64,000 nucleotides of DNA from Lentisphaeria bacterium (GTDB lineage: Bacteria; Verrucomicrobiota; Lentisphaeria; Oligosphaerales; CAITYL01): contig JBAZOO010000003.1 of assembly GCA_041648735.1 (NCBI GenBank), positions 53,670-117,669 of the forward strand. The letters are read 5' to 3'. The notes under the pieces were generated by a model, which had not been told where the DNA came from, made no database searches, and was given only the letters and a program-made list of their open reading frames with translations. This document shows, piece by piece, positions 47,216-56,349 of the stretch. Within the stretch, counting starts at the first letter, position 1. Each line of letters begins with the position of its first letter. Position numbers and translations under genes: made by a program.

Positions 47216-47899
47216 CTATTTGTCTTTGGGACACTTTTTCAGACACATGAACCAGTCCAGGCATGTGACATCGGGATCTGGTTTCTGTATCCGGTCCTTG
47301 GCTACCCCGCAGGATCCCGGAGGAGGAACAATGACGTCGTCGCCTGGCTGCCAGTTCGCGGGGGTCGCAATGCCGTGTTGATCAGATGTCTGCATGGCGA
47401 TCAGCAGGCGCATAACCTCGTCCATGTTGCGCCCGTTTGATAGCGGGTAATACAGGATCGCCCGGACGATACTCTTCGGATCGATAACAAAAACCGCTCG
47501 GACAGCTTGAGTGCTGCTGGCTCCCGGCTGAAGCATGCCGAAAGCTCTGGAAACGTCCATTTTCAGGTCTTCAATGACCGGAAATGTCACCTCGATATCC
47601 TTCATGCCCTTGTAGCTAATCTTTTCCTTAATCGTGCGCAACCATGCGATATGCGCATAGATACTGTCGATAGAAAGCCCAAGCAGCTTGCAGTTTCGCT
47701 TGGCGAAATCCTTCTGCATAGAGGCGAACGTCATGAACTCCGTTGTGCATACTGGTGTGAAATCCGCCGGATGTGAGAAGAATACAAGCCAACTGCCCTC
47801 AAAATCCTTCGGGAAGTTGATTTCTCCCTGCGTTGTTTTTGCCCTGAATTCTGGTGCCTTGTCTCCGATCAGTGGCATTCTTACAGTCTCTTCATTCAT
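47216..47899 (-). CDS. peroxiredoxin (1-Cys/Prx6-type)
   Basis: IGDKAPEFRAKTTQGEINFPKDFEGSWLVFFSHPADFTPVCTTEF is the canonical peroxidatic Cys motif (PxDFTPVCTTE). A sample line is ~45% GC. Alternative start at 47878 (MPLIGD). Confidence 0.9.
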   Translation of the reverse strand: MNEETVRMPLIGDKAPEFRAKTTQGEINFPKDFEGSWLVFFSHPADFTPVCTTEFMTFASMQKDFAKRNCKLLGLSIDSIYAHIAWLRTIKEKISYKGMKDIEVTFPVIEDLKMDVSRAFGMLQPGASSTQAVRAVFVIDPKSIVRAILYYPLSNGRNMDEVMRLLIAMQTSDQHGIATPANWQPGDDVIVPPPGSCGVAKDRIQKPDPDVTCLDWFMCLKKCPKDK

Positions 47900-48289
47900 T
47901 TCTGTTTTTCCTTATGATTGTGTGTAAACACATACATGGCTCGGCTAACCGATTGCCGTTTGTTTCCGAACTCTTTGCGATCATCCCTCCTTTCAGTTGC
48001 CCAACTTATTATTCAACGGTTTCTCCGGGTTTGCCGGCCGAATCGGACGCGGCGGTGGCTGGCGGCCTGGGCGGCCAACCGCCGCCTAGCCTCGTCCGCA
48101 AGCGGTTGGGGCGGCGGTTCCCGCCGCGCTGGGCCGGCAAAAGGCACTGTACCCGCCGCCCGGGGGAAAGCAAGCCTCCGGGCGGGGCGCGCGGTGTTTG
48201 CCGGAATGCGGTTCCTGGAATTCGCCCAAGCCAGGCCGGGCCGCCCGTTTGGGTGACTTGGGGACAGAGAATGCGGATCGGGGGTTTCG

Positions 48290-48348
48290 CACGGAGGCCA
48301 CGGGGAACGCGGAGGCGATGGATCGAGGTTTTCCCCGTGGCCTCCGTG
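48290..48348. repeat. perfect 17-bp-stem hairpin related to the dispersed repeat family
   Basis: CACGGAGGCCACGGGGA (48290-48306), 25-nt loop, TCCCCGTGGCCTCCGTG (48332-48348). The right arm plus its flank, TTCCCCGTGGCCTCCGTGGGCTCCGTGCGAA, is homologous to TTCTCCGTGGTTTCCGGGTGCTCCGTGCGAA in repeat copy A. Confidence 0.7.
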
Positions 48349-48439
48349 GGCTCCGTGCGAACCTTCCCTCCCGCGCTTCCGGGCGTCCGGGAAGGTGAAC
48401 GTGGATGCTTCCAGGCCACGGCCGGCCGGAAGAACGGGG

Positions 48440-49597
48440 TCACGGTTTTGCCGCTGGCGGGGCCGGGGCGGGCTCAGGCTTCTTGAGCAAGGCGTCGCGG
48501 GGGATCAGGAGGTTCTCGAAGGCGTACTTGTCGAAGCTGAAGACCCAGCCATCGAGCTTGCGGGCCAGCTCCGCCGCCCGCGTCGCCGCCGTGGCCGTGG
48601 CCTCAGCGGCCGCCTTCGCCTTCGCTTCGGCCGGCGTCCCGGCCTTGGCCGCCGCCGTGGCCGCCGGTGCGGACTCCGCAACGGGGGGGGAGGTGAAGCC
48701 GACCGCGACGGTGGCGGCCCAGCCGCCGGCGTGCTCCGCGGCGGCGATGGCCACGGTGGTGCCGTCCACGGCGGTGACGGTGTAGCGCCAGGGGAACTCC
48801 TTGACCGGCACCCCGGCGGCGCCGGCGCGGCCGAGGACGTCGCTGAAGCGGATCCAAGCCAGGGCGTTGGCGATGGTCTGGAGCTTGGCGGCGTCCGCCG
48901 TCTCGGCCGGCTGGCGCCCCGCCAGTTCGAGGCCGTCCTTGCCTTGGCGCAGCTCCCACTGCAACTGGCCGGCCTTCTCCAGCCGTGCCGTGCGCAGGTC
49001 GGTGATTTTGACGAAGTCCGGATCGAGCCAGGCGGCGGGGGCGGCGGGGCGCAGGCCGGGGTCGCTGGCGAGCACGGCCACGGCGCCGGTGGGGAGGCGG
49101 ACGTAGCGGGCGTCCCAGCCGCCGCCGAGGGAATCGGCCTCCGCCTGCTCGGGGTCGCGCAGTGGCTTGCCGAGGATGAGCGTGAACTCCTGGCCGGCCT
49201 CGGTGCGCAGGCCGAGGCGCGTCCCCGCGCCGTCGCCGCTGCCCGGGTCGGCCAGCTTCAGCCGCGCATAGTGGGCCGGGCCGGCGGCGACGGTCTGCGT
49301 GGCCTTGGCCTCGGCCAAAGCCAGCAGGAGGCGGCTGATGGCGGCGAAGTCGGCGGGGTAGTCCTGCCGTTCGGCGACCGTCCACTGGCCCGCCGGCCGG
49401 TGCAGGGTCAGGGTGGCTTCAGGCGCGGTCACGGTGACCGTAGTGACCTCGTTGACGGGCAGGCCGGGCAGCAGCAGTTGCCCCGTCGCGGCCGCCGATG
49501 CCCGCTGTTCCTGGCGGTCATGCCAAAGCCGCCAGACGCCGCCCGCCGCCGCCACGAGGGCCAGTGTCAAAAGCACAAGCAATTGCTTCAATCGCAT
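48440..49597 (-). CDS. DUF4340-like protein (accessory to GldG-type ABC system), N-terminal TM anchor
   Basis: MRLKQLLVLLTLALVAAAGGVW anchor. It lies immediately downstream of a GldG-like gene, the usual context for DUF4340 as I recall. Family call tentative. Confidence 0.5.
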   Translation of the reverse strand: MRLKQLLVLLTLALVAAAGGVWRLWHDRQEQRASAAATGQLLLPGLPVNEVTTVTVTAPEATLTLHRPAGQWTVAERQDYPADFAAISRLLLALAEAKATQTVAAGPAHYARLKLADPGSGDGAGTRLGLRTEAGQEFTLILGKPLRDPEQAEADSLGGGWDARYVRLPTGAVAVLASDPGLRPAAPAAWLDPDFVKITDLRTARLEKAGQLQWELRQGKDGLELAGRQPAETADAAKLQTIANALAWIRFSDVLGRAGAAGVPVKEFPWRYTVTAVDGTTVAIAAAEHAGGWAATVAVGFTSPPVAESAPAATAAAKAGTPAEAKAKAAAEATATAATRAAELARKLDGWVFSFDKYAFENLLIPRDALLKKPEPAPAPPAAKP

Positions 49598-49652
49598 GGT
49601 GGTTCCTCCAAAGCAACGGGGCAAAGGAAACAAAAGGAGAGGGAGCTGGCGC

Positions 49653-51575
49653 TCACCGGCGGCGTTTGCGCCAGAGGCCGACGCCGAGGCCGACCAGCCC
49701 CACGAGGGCGGGCATGGCCGCGATGTTGAGCCATTCCAGGCGCGACTCCAGCCGCTCGATGTCCTGCCGCAACTGCTTGCGCACCTCCTTCAGCCGCTGG
49801 CGCGTCTCCGCCTGCTGCTGCTTGAAGGCGGTGATCGCCCGCTGCTGTTCCGGCGAGAGGATGACCTTCTGGTCCTTGCCGGTGGCGCGGAGCTGGAGAT
49901 CCTGGAGCTTGCCCTGGACCTCCTCCAGGTTCTTCTCCAGCCGATCAATCTCGACGCGCCAGGCCTCCTCGGCCTCGGCCTGCATGCGGTTGACCTTCGT
50001 GAACGGCCGGCGCAGGGTGCCGCGGCTGCGGATGCCGATCAGCCGGGGATCACCGCCGAGCTGGTCCATCAGGTTCTGGACAAAATCCAGGTTGTCATTG
50101 AGCGGCAGGAGGACGCGCTGGCCGTAAAGGGCGCGGACCTGGACGGCGAACTGGTCGTAGAGCAGGTCCGCGTCGCCGACGAGAATGACAACGCCCGGCT
50201 TCGCCCCGCCCTTGAGCGGCGGCGGCGCCTCCTGGGCGGTGGCCGTCGCCGCCGCCGGTGGCCCGCCGGCGGGCTTGGCCGCGTCCGGGGGGCCGCCAGG
50301 GAAGGCGGTCTTGAAATGGCCCGTCAGCCGGATGGCGAGGGCGCGCTTGAGCCCGTCGCCCTTGAAGCTGCGCAGGACGGCGGGCCCCATCTCGGCCATG
50401 GCCGCGTCAACGGGCGCCGAGCGTTCCGAGGTGGTGAGCAGGATCGTCCTGGCCAGCCCGGCGGCGCCGGCGCCCTCGAACCAGCCGGCAAAGGGCAGGA
50501 GCAGGTTTTCCAGCTCGGCGGTCGCCGGGTCGTCGGGGTCGCACTGGGCGCGGGTGAGCTGGAGGACGGCGGGCATGTCGAGCGGCTGCCCGTTCTCGTC
50601 GGCGCTCTTGGCCATGGTCAGCAGGTCGCCCGCGACCTTGTCGGTGGCGAAGCTGACGCCCCAGGCCTTGAGCAGCGGGCCGAGGGTCGAGGGCCCAGGG
50701 GGGGAATCCGTCCCCATGGCGCCGCCGCCGGTGGCGGCGAGGATGCGGGCCTCGGTGTAGCAGAGCGGGTCGAGGAAGGCCAGCAGCCGGCCGCCGCGGA
50801 GGAGGAACTGGTCGATGGCGAAGAGCGTCTTTTGCGGCAGCTCCTTGGGATGCGCCAGCAGCAGCACCTCGACGTCGGCGGGGATGGCCGTCCCGTCGGC
50901 GGGCAGCTCCTGGAGCTTGAAGCTGCGCTGGAGTTCGCCGGCGACGACCCAGGGCGGCTGGCCGCCGCGCCCCATGGCCATGAACATGGGGTTCTGGCGG
51001 CCGAGCAGCGGCAGGGCGCCGAGCACGCCGACCACCGGCTTTTTCGGGTTCAGCACCCGGCTGATGGCGGAGAGCAGGTCGTATTCCAGCAGCCCCTCGC
51101 GCTGGGGGGAGAGGAAGGGGATGGCGGTCACCTGGTCGAGGCAATGGACGGCCAGCCCCAGATAGACCGGTTCGCCGCCGGCCAAGGGCTGGCCGCTGAC
51201 GCCATCGAGGTTGGCCGAGTCCTCGGCGTCCGAATCCGGTTTCGGGTCCAGCAGTTGCAGCTTCAGCCGGCCGCCGGCCAGCGCCTGGAATTCGCGCAGC
51301 AGGTCCTCGGCGCGGTCGGCGAAGAGCTTCAGCTCCGCCGGCATGGTGACGGAGTCGCGGGTGCGGTAGAAGCGGATGGTGACGTCCGCGTCCATCGCCC
51401 GCAGGATCTGGCGGGTCGCCGGGGTCACGGTGTGCAGCCGTTTTCCGGTGAGGTCCAGCCGCAGCCGGCTCCAGCGGCCCGCCACGTTGACCGCCAGCAG
51501 CAGCCCGGCCATCAGCGCCACGCCGGCGGCGGAATAGAGGATCGTCCCCAGCCGTTTGGGTTCACGCATCGCCAT
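49653..51575 (-). CDS. GldG-like ABC-transporter auxiliary protein (ABC_transp_aux)
   Basis: N-terminal TM, then RLDLTGKRLHTVTPATRQIL..DV.IRFY... and a large periplasmic-type domain. The C-terminus has a coiled coil plus a TM helix and a basic tail. Operon context with an ABC-2 permease and an ATPase. Confidence 0.7.
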   Translation of the reverse strand: MAMREPKRLGTILYSAAGVALMAGLLLAVNVAGRWSRLRLDLTGKRLHTVTPATRQILRAMDADVTIRFYRTRDSVTMPAELKLFADRAEDLLREFQALAGGRLKLQLLDPKPDSDAEDSANLDGVSGQPLAGGEPVYLGLAVHCLDQVTAIPFLSPQREGLLEYDLLSAISRVLNPKKPVVGVLGALPLLGRQNPMFMAMGRGGQPPWVVAGELQRSFKLQELPADGTAIPADVEVLLLAHPKELPQKTLFAIDQFLLRGGRLLAFLDPLCYTEARILAATGGGAMGTDSPPGPSTLGPLLKAWGVSFATDKVAGDLLTMAKSADENGQPLDMPAVLQLTRAQCDPDDPATAELENLLLPFAGWFEGAGAAGLARTILLTTSERSAPVDAAMAEMGPAVLRSFKGDGLKRALAIRLTGHFKTAFPGGPPDAAKPAGGPPAAATATAQEAPPPLKGGAKPGVVILVGDADLLYDQFAVQVRALYGQRVLLPLNDNLDFVQNLMDQLGGDPRLIGIRSRGTLRRPFTKVNRMQAEAEEAWRVEIDRLEKNLEEVQGKLQDLQLRATGKDQKVILSPEQQRAITAFKQQQAETRQRLKEVRKQLRQDIERLESRLEWLNIAAMPALVGLVGLGVGLWRKRRR

Positions 51576-51636
51576 GTCAGAAGCTCCTTCGCAACTTGAA
51601 ACGGGGAAAACGCGGCGGTGGCCCGGGCCGCCGGCG

Positions 51637-52383
51637 TCAGCGGGTCCGGCGGTTGCGCAGGATCACCGCCGTGGTGAAGAGGCCGAAGAGGATCACCGAG
51701 AGGAAATAGACGAGCCCGCGCAGCTCCACCAGCCCCTTCTGCATGGCGCTGAAGTGCGGGTAGACGCTGAACTGGGCCACGCCGTCAATCAGCCAGGGGG
51801 GCGCCCAGCGCACCAGGAAACCGGTGACCGGCGGCCAGCCGGCGAGGTTCAGGAAGAGGCAGAGGCAAAGCGAGAGGATGAAGCTGATCACCTGGTTGCG
51901 GGTGAGGGCGGAGGTCATGGAACTGACCGCCAGGAACGCCCCCGCCAGCAGCAGCGCGCCGAGGTAGCCGCCGAGCAGCGCCCCCAGGTCCGGCTCGCCC
52001 AGATAGGCCACCGTCAGCAGCAGCGGGAAGGTGAGCAGCAGCGCCGCCAGGAGCACCGCCCAAGCGGCCAGGAACTTGCCGAGAATCGCCTGCCAGCCGG
52101 TGAGCGGCATGGTCAGCAGCAGCTCCAGCGTCCCCGCCCGGCGCTCCTCGGCCCATAGCCGCATCCCGATCGCCGGGACCAGGAAGAGATAGAGCCAGGG
52201 CAGCCAGACGAAGAAGGCCGCCAGCGACGCGTCGTTGCCGGCGAAGAAGCCGCCCAGCTTGAAGGTGAAGACCCCCGAGAGGAGGAGGAAGAAGAGGATG
52301 AAGACGTAGGCGACCGGCGAGGTGAAATAGCCGCTCAGCTCGCGGGCGCAGACGGCGCGGATGTTGCGGCAACTGGTCATCAT
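51637..52383 (-). CDS. ABC-2 type transporter permease (GldF-like)
   Basis: ELSGYFTSPVAYVFILFFLLLSG..., six predicted hydrophobic helices, ATGA overlap with the upstream ATPase gene. Confidence 0.8.
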   Translation of the reverse strand: MMTSCRNIRAVCARELSGYFTSPVAYVFILFFLLLSGVFTFKLGGFFAGNDASLAAFFVWLPWLYLFLVPAIGMRLWAEERRAGTLELLLTMPLTGWQAILGKFLAAWAVLLAALLLTFPLLLTVAYLGEPDLGALLGGYLGALLLAGAFLAVSSMTSALTRNQVISFILSLCLCLFLNLAGWPPVTGFLVRWAPPWLIDGVAQFSVYPHFSAMQKGLVELRGLVYFLSVILFGLFTTAVILRNRRTR

Positions 52384-53354
52384 GCGGTCATCTCCCGATC
52401 CTGGTGGCGCGCGGTGTCGGCCACGGTCACGGCGCGGAAAACCTCGTCCAGCCGTCCCGCCTCCGTGTGCAGTTCGTCATAGGCCCAGCCCTTGCCGCGG
52501 AGCAGTTCCGCGATGGCGACGGCCAGCCCCTCCGCCTTGCCCGGCGCCGGGCGCACCCGGAAGCTGGCGCCGGCCACCGTTTCCGCGAGCGTATGGGCTT
52601 CCGCCACGGCCGGCAACGCGTTCAGCGCCGCGACCACCTCGATGGCGGACGGGACGCGGACGTGGACGGTCACCGTCCCGGCGGAGGCGGCCTTGGCCCG
52701 CAGCCCGGCCGGGGTGCCGTCGGCCACGATCCGGCCACGGTCAATGATGATCACCCGCGAACAGACCGCCTCGACCTCCTCCAGGATGTGGGTGGAGAGG
52801 ATGATCGCCTTGCGCTCGCCCATGCGGCGGATCAGGTTGCGGACCTCGTGCTTCTGGTTCGGGTCGAGGCCGTCGGTCGGCTCGTCGAGCACCAGCGCCT
52901 TCGGGTCGTGCAGCAGCGTCTGGGCGAAGCAGGTGCGATGGGTGTAGCCCTTCGAGAGGGTGTCAATCGGCTGGTGGCGGACCGGGGCGAGGAAGCAGGT
53001 GTCAATCACCCGCTCGACCGCCTGGTCGCGCTCGCGCCCCCAGAGCCCGCGGGCCTCGGCGCAGAAGCGCAGGAAGCCGGTCACCGTCATGTCCGCATAG
53101 ACCGGCGCATTCTCCGGCAGATAGCCGAGGCAGCGCTTGGCGGCGACCGGCTGCGCCTCGATGTCATGGCCGCCGACGCGCACCGTCCCCGCGCTCGGCG
53201 GCAGATAGCCGGTGATCATCCGCATGGTGGTGGACTTGCCGGCGCCGTTCGGGCCGAGGAAGCCAAGGACCTCGCCGGGGCTGACCGTGAACGACACGCC
53301 GTCCACGGCCACCTTCGGCCCAAACCTCTTCATCAGGTTGCTGACCGCGATCAT
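52380..53354 (-). CDS. ABC transporter ATP-binding protein (GldA-like)
   Basis: Walker A GFLGPNGAGKSTTM, signature LSKGYTHR, Walker B LVLDEPTDGLD, H-loop STHIL. Start at MIAVSNL (53354). Confidence 0.9.
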   Translation of the reverse strand: MIAVSNLMKRFGPKVAVDGVSFTVSPGEVLGFLGPNGAGKSTTMRMITGYLPPSAGTVRVGGHDIEAQPVAAKRCLGYLPENAPVYADMTVTGFLRFCAEARGLWGRERDQAVERVIDTCFLAPVRHQPIDTLSKGYTHRTCFAQTLLHDPKALVLDEPTDGLDPNQKHEVRNLIRRMGERKAIILSTHILEEVEAVCSRVIIIDRGRIVADGTPAGLRAKAASAGTVTVHVRVPSAIEVVAALNALPAVAEAHTLAETVAGASFRVRPAPGKAEGLAVAIAELLRGKGWAYDELHTEAGRLDEVFRAVTVADTARHQDREMTA

Positions 53355-53515
53355 GGCTCCGGTTCCATAAGGTTGTCGGTTGCGAGATTTGTTCCCGAGG
53401 GTGCCCGCCCGCGGTTCCGGACGGCCGCACCCGAAAAAAAAAACGTCCACCTGAGACACCCGGCGGGCCCGATGGTTCCCGCCGGCCGGAGGCGCGTCCG
53501 GGCCGCGCCCATTCG

Positions 53516-53965
53516 TCAGTCCGCCGGGTTTTCCGGCTGCCGGCCGAAAATGGTGACGATGTCGCGCACCCCACCCTTGCCCCGCTTGCGCACCCTGCCC
53601 TTTGGCGCCAGCTTCACCCGCACCTTGGCCTTCTTCGCCCGCTTCCGTACCCGCCTCTTCGTCTTCTTCGCCTTTTTTTTCGCCTTTTTCTTGGCTTTCT
53701 TCGCCTTCTTGGCCGCCGCCGCCAAGGCGGCCGCCTCCGCCTTCCGCAGTTCGGCCAGCAACTGCTCAAGCTCCTGGATGGCGGCGGCGCGGGCGGCCGC
53801 GGTGACGCTGGCGACCAAGGTGGCATAGCGGCGGCGGCCAAGCGGCAGCGGCAACGCCGCCCGCGCCGCCGCCCGGGCCATTTTTCCGGCCACCGCCCCA
53901 AAGTTGGCCCGTTGCCGCCGGAAACGCCGACTGGAATTCCCAAAGGAACGTCTGGCCATGGGCAA
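53516..53965 (-). CDS. Lys/Ala/Arg-rich basic protein, histone H1-like tail (function unknown)
   Basis: AAAKKAKKAKKKAKKKAKKTKRRVRKRAKKAKVRVKLAPKGRVRKRGKGG, preceded by an Ala-rich helical segment. It is the only plausible ORF in this spacer, but coding status is not certain. Confidence 0.4.
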   Translation of the reverse strand: MPMARRSFGNSSRRFRRQRANFGAVAGKMARAAARAALPLPLGRRRYATLVASVTAAARAAAIQELEQLLAELRKAEAAALAAAAKKAKKAKKKAKKKAKKTKRRVRKRAKKAKVRVKLAPKGRVRKRGKGGVRDIVTIFGRQPENPAD

Positions 53966-54102
53966 AACTCCCGTTTGCGCAATCCGGATCGGAACGCCAT
54001 AACCTAGCCCCCCGAACGGGGCCTGCCATTCCCCCGGAATGGGGGGGGGTGACGTTTCCGGGCCGCCGCGGCGACCGCGGGCTCCAACCGGGAGGCGCCG
54101 CC

Positions 54103-55155
54103 TCAGAAGTCGCCGCGCCAGCGGCGGACGGCTTCGGTCAGGGCGATGAAGTTCTGGGGGGGGATGTACGAGGAAATCTGGTTGCCCGAGCCGATGGCGA
54201 CGCCGCCGTGGCCTTGGGAATACGCCAGCACCTCCCGGACATACTCGCCGATCTCCGCCGGGCTCTTCAGGCAGAGCACGTTCATTTCGATGCCGCCGAA
54301 ATTGCCGATGCGGTCGCCGTAGCGCTCCAGCCAGGTGCGGAACGGGCAGATCTGATCCTCGTTGGAATGCTTGGCATCAATCTTGGCGTCGCGGATCAGG
54401 TCGTCCATGACCTCGTGGATCTGGCCACAGCTATGGAGCAGGAACGGCTTGCCGTGGCGGTGGACCAGGTCGGTGATGCGGCGGTATTGCGGAATGATGT
54501 GGGCGCGGATGTCGTCCGGCGAAATCAGGGTCGAGGTGCGGAAGCCGAGGTCGTCGCCGAAGCGGCAGACGGCGAAGATGTCGGCGAACTCCGCGAGCAC
54601 CCATTCCCAGAAGCCCACCAGCATGTCGCCGATCTGCGTCCAGAGCCGGGCATAGACCGCCGGCTCGTCCACCATCAGGTAGGCAAGCTGCTGGTAGGGG
54701 ACGAAATCCTGGATGGTCTCCATCAGGCCGTTGCCGACGCCGCCGACCACCTTCATGCCCGGCGGCAGCACGGAGCGCAGCGCGGCGAAGGCATCGCGCG
54801 CGGCGGCCTGGTATTCCGCCAGCTTCGCCTTCCAGGGAAACGCCTCGACGTCGGCCAGCGTCTGCACCAGCGGGCCGGCCTGCCCGACCAGCCCCTTCCC
54901 CTTCTGGACCACTTCGCAGGCGCAGACCTCGAACGGCACCACGTCGTAGCCATGCTCGACCAGGAGGCGGCAGAAGATGCGGAAAAACTCGGCCTTGTCG
55001 GCGCGGTTGCCGTTGAACAGCCCCTCCGCATCCTTGCCGGTGAGGGCCGCCACGATCGGCAGCGTGACGTTGTGCTCGTAGAGCGGCAGCCGCTTCGGGG
55101 TGCGGTTGAGCGCGGCGTCAACGATGTGGCGGTAGTCGGGCTGGAAAGGTATCAT
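54103..55155 (-). CDS. uroporphyrinogen decarboxylase (URO-D) family protein, MtaA/CmuA-like
   Basis: Overall URO-D-like pattern (PLYEHNV...., FRTSTLISPD, FLLHSCGQIHEVMDDLI.DAKIDAKHS, AIGSGN). Start at MIPFQP. Family call by eye. Confidence 0.6.
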   Translation of the reverse strand: MIPFQPDYRHIVDAALNRTPKRLPLYEHNVTLPIVAALTGKDAEGLFNGNRADKAEFFRIFCRLLVEHGYDVVPFEVCACEVVQKGKGLVGQAGPLVQTLADVEAFPWKAKLAEYQAAARDAFAALRSVLPPGMKVVGGVGNGLMETIQDFVPYQQLAYLMVDEPAVYARLWTQIGDMLVGFWEWVLAEFADIFAVCRFGDDLGFRTSTLISPDDIRAHIIPQYRRITDLVHRHGKPFLLHSCGQIHEVMDDLIRDAKIDAKHSNEDQICPFRTWLERYGDRIGNFGGIEMNVLCLKSPAEIGEYVREVLAYSQGHGGVAIGSGNQISSYIPPQNFIALTEAVRRWRGDF

Positions 55156-55245
55156 GATCGGCCTCCAGGGAACGTGGGGGTGGACACGCCCTTTCGGCAA
55201 TTTACCTTATCCCCAGCCGGATTGCCTTATCCCGCGGAGGCCATT

Positions 55246-56193
55246 ATGAATCATGAACGCTCAGCACACGCCCCCGACTGCCCACGGCTGCCCGGCGAGG
55301 TGCCGGCGCTGTTCCCGGCCAAGGCGGACCAGGCGCGGCTGGGCTGGCTGCGCCCCTATGTGCGCGAGGCCGTCCACACCTTCCGCCCCACCTGGACCAT
55401 GGGCCCGCGGCGGCTGCTGGATTACCTGATCCTCCACATCCGCGAGGGGGAAGTCCGGCTGCGCCTCGAGGAGCGGGAGTGGCAGGCCGGCCCCGGCGAC
55501 CTGCTCTGGATTCCCCCCGGCCAAATCCACACCCTGGCCGGCGCCGCCCCCGGCACCCGGATGCTTTACCTCCACGCCGACCTGATCTACGATCCGAAGC
55601 GCAGCCACTGGGCCGCCATGTTCCCCCCCGGCACGCTGGACCTGACGCCGTGGCGCCGGCTGCGGCATCCGCCCCTGCCGGATGCGGAACTGGCCGCCTG
55701 GGGTGGCGTCCTGGCACTGCCGCCGGGGCGGGCGGCAACGGCCGGCCGGCTCCTGGAGCAGGCCGTCGCCGACTTTGGCCTCCACGGCTGCTGCACCCTG
55801 CGCGGCAGCGCCTTGCTGCTGGAGTGCATCGCCGTGCTGGCCGCCCCGGCCACCGCCGTGCCGGGGCCGCGCCAGAGCGTGCGGATGGATCAGGCAATCA
55901 CGCGGCTGCGCCAGCGGCTGGGCGGCTGCGACCTCGCCGCGCTCGCCCGTGAACTCGGCTTCAGCCCCTCCCACTTCCGCCGCCTGTTCCGGCGCAGCTT
56001 CGGCCAGGCGCCGCGGCAGTTGCTGGCGGCCGAGAAGATGAAGCGCGCCTGCCACCTGCTCGCCTACACCGACCAGCCGGTCAAGGCGATTGCGGCCGCC
56101 CTGGGGTTCACGGCGGTCCAGAACTTCGCCCGCGCCTTCCGGGCCCACACCGGGGCCAGCCCCGCCGCCTTCCGCCGTGCCCCGGGGCGGTGA
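55246..56193 (+). CDS. AraC-family transcriptional regulator (cupin-like N-domain)
   Basis: N-terminal LDYLILHIREGEVRL....GDLLWIPPGQIHTL (cupin sensor). C-terminal dual HTH: LARELGFSPSHFRRLFRRSFGQAPRQLL...LL..T...VKAIAAALGF....NFARAFRAHTGASPAAFRR. Confidence 0.85.
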   Translation: MNHERSAHAPDCPRLPGEVPALFPAKADQARLGWLRPYVREAVHTFRPTWTMGPRRLLDYLILHIREGEVRLRLEEREWQAGPGDLLWIPPGQIHTLAGAAPGTRMLYLHADLIYDPKRSHWAAMFPPGTLDLTPWRRLRHPPLPDAELAAWGGVLALPPGRAATAGRLLEQAVADFGLHGCCTLRGSALLLECIAVLAAPATAVPGPRQSVRMDQAITRLRQRLGGCDLAALARELGFSPSHFRRLFRRSFGQAPRQLLAAEKMKRACHLLAYTDQPVKAIAAALGFTAVQNFARAFRAHTGASPAAFRRAPGR

Positions 56194-56214
56194 CCGTGGC
56201 TCGGCGCGAATCCT
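56160..56214 (+). repeat. 55-bp direct repeat, copy 1 (3-prime end of the AraC gene)
   Basis: CCGGGGCCAGCCCCGCCGCCTTCCGCCGTGCCCCGGGGCGGTGACCGTGGCTCGG matches 57524..57578 with 2 mismatches. Confidence 0.85.
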
Positions 56215-56349
56215 TCTCCCATTCTGGACGGGATAGGGACGGAATGGCTGGACTGGCCGCGGGATACGTGACGGTTTTTGTCTATATTCGTAACCGCTTG
56301 ATTCCGAGAATGGATAGCGTTCCCGTCCCCGGTTTTTTGGAGCGGGAAC

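Noticed and set aside
47919-47932. Imperfect palindrome TGTGTGTAAACACA upstream of the peroxiredoxin gene as a PerR, OxyR or CRP-type operator
   Set aside because: It does not match any operator consensus I can name (TGTGT-N4-ACACA spacing is atypical). It is mentioned only as context in the peroxiredoxin finding.
53434-53443. A10 homopolymer (T10 on the minus strand) between the Lys-rich ORF and the ABC ATPase gene, as a possible terminator
   Set aside because: The nearest good stem (CCGGCGGG/CCCGCCGG around 53469-53494) is ~26 nt away from the T-run, so it is not a canonical intrinsic terminator. The T-run is noted only as a slippage-prone tract.
54049-55245. First ~400 codons of the 714-aa ORF 54049..56193
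   Set aside because: This part is antisense to the URO-D family gene. AraC-like sequence only begins at MNHERS (55246).
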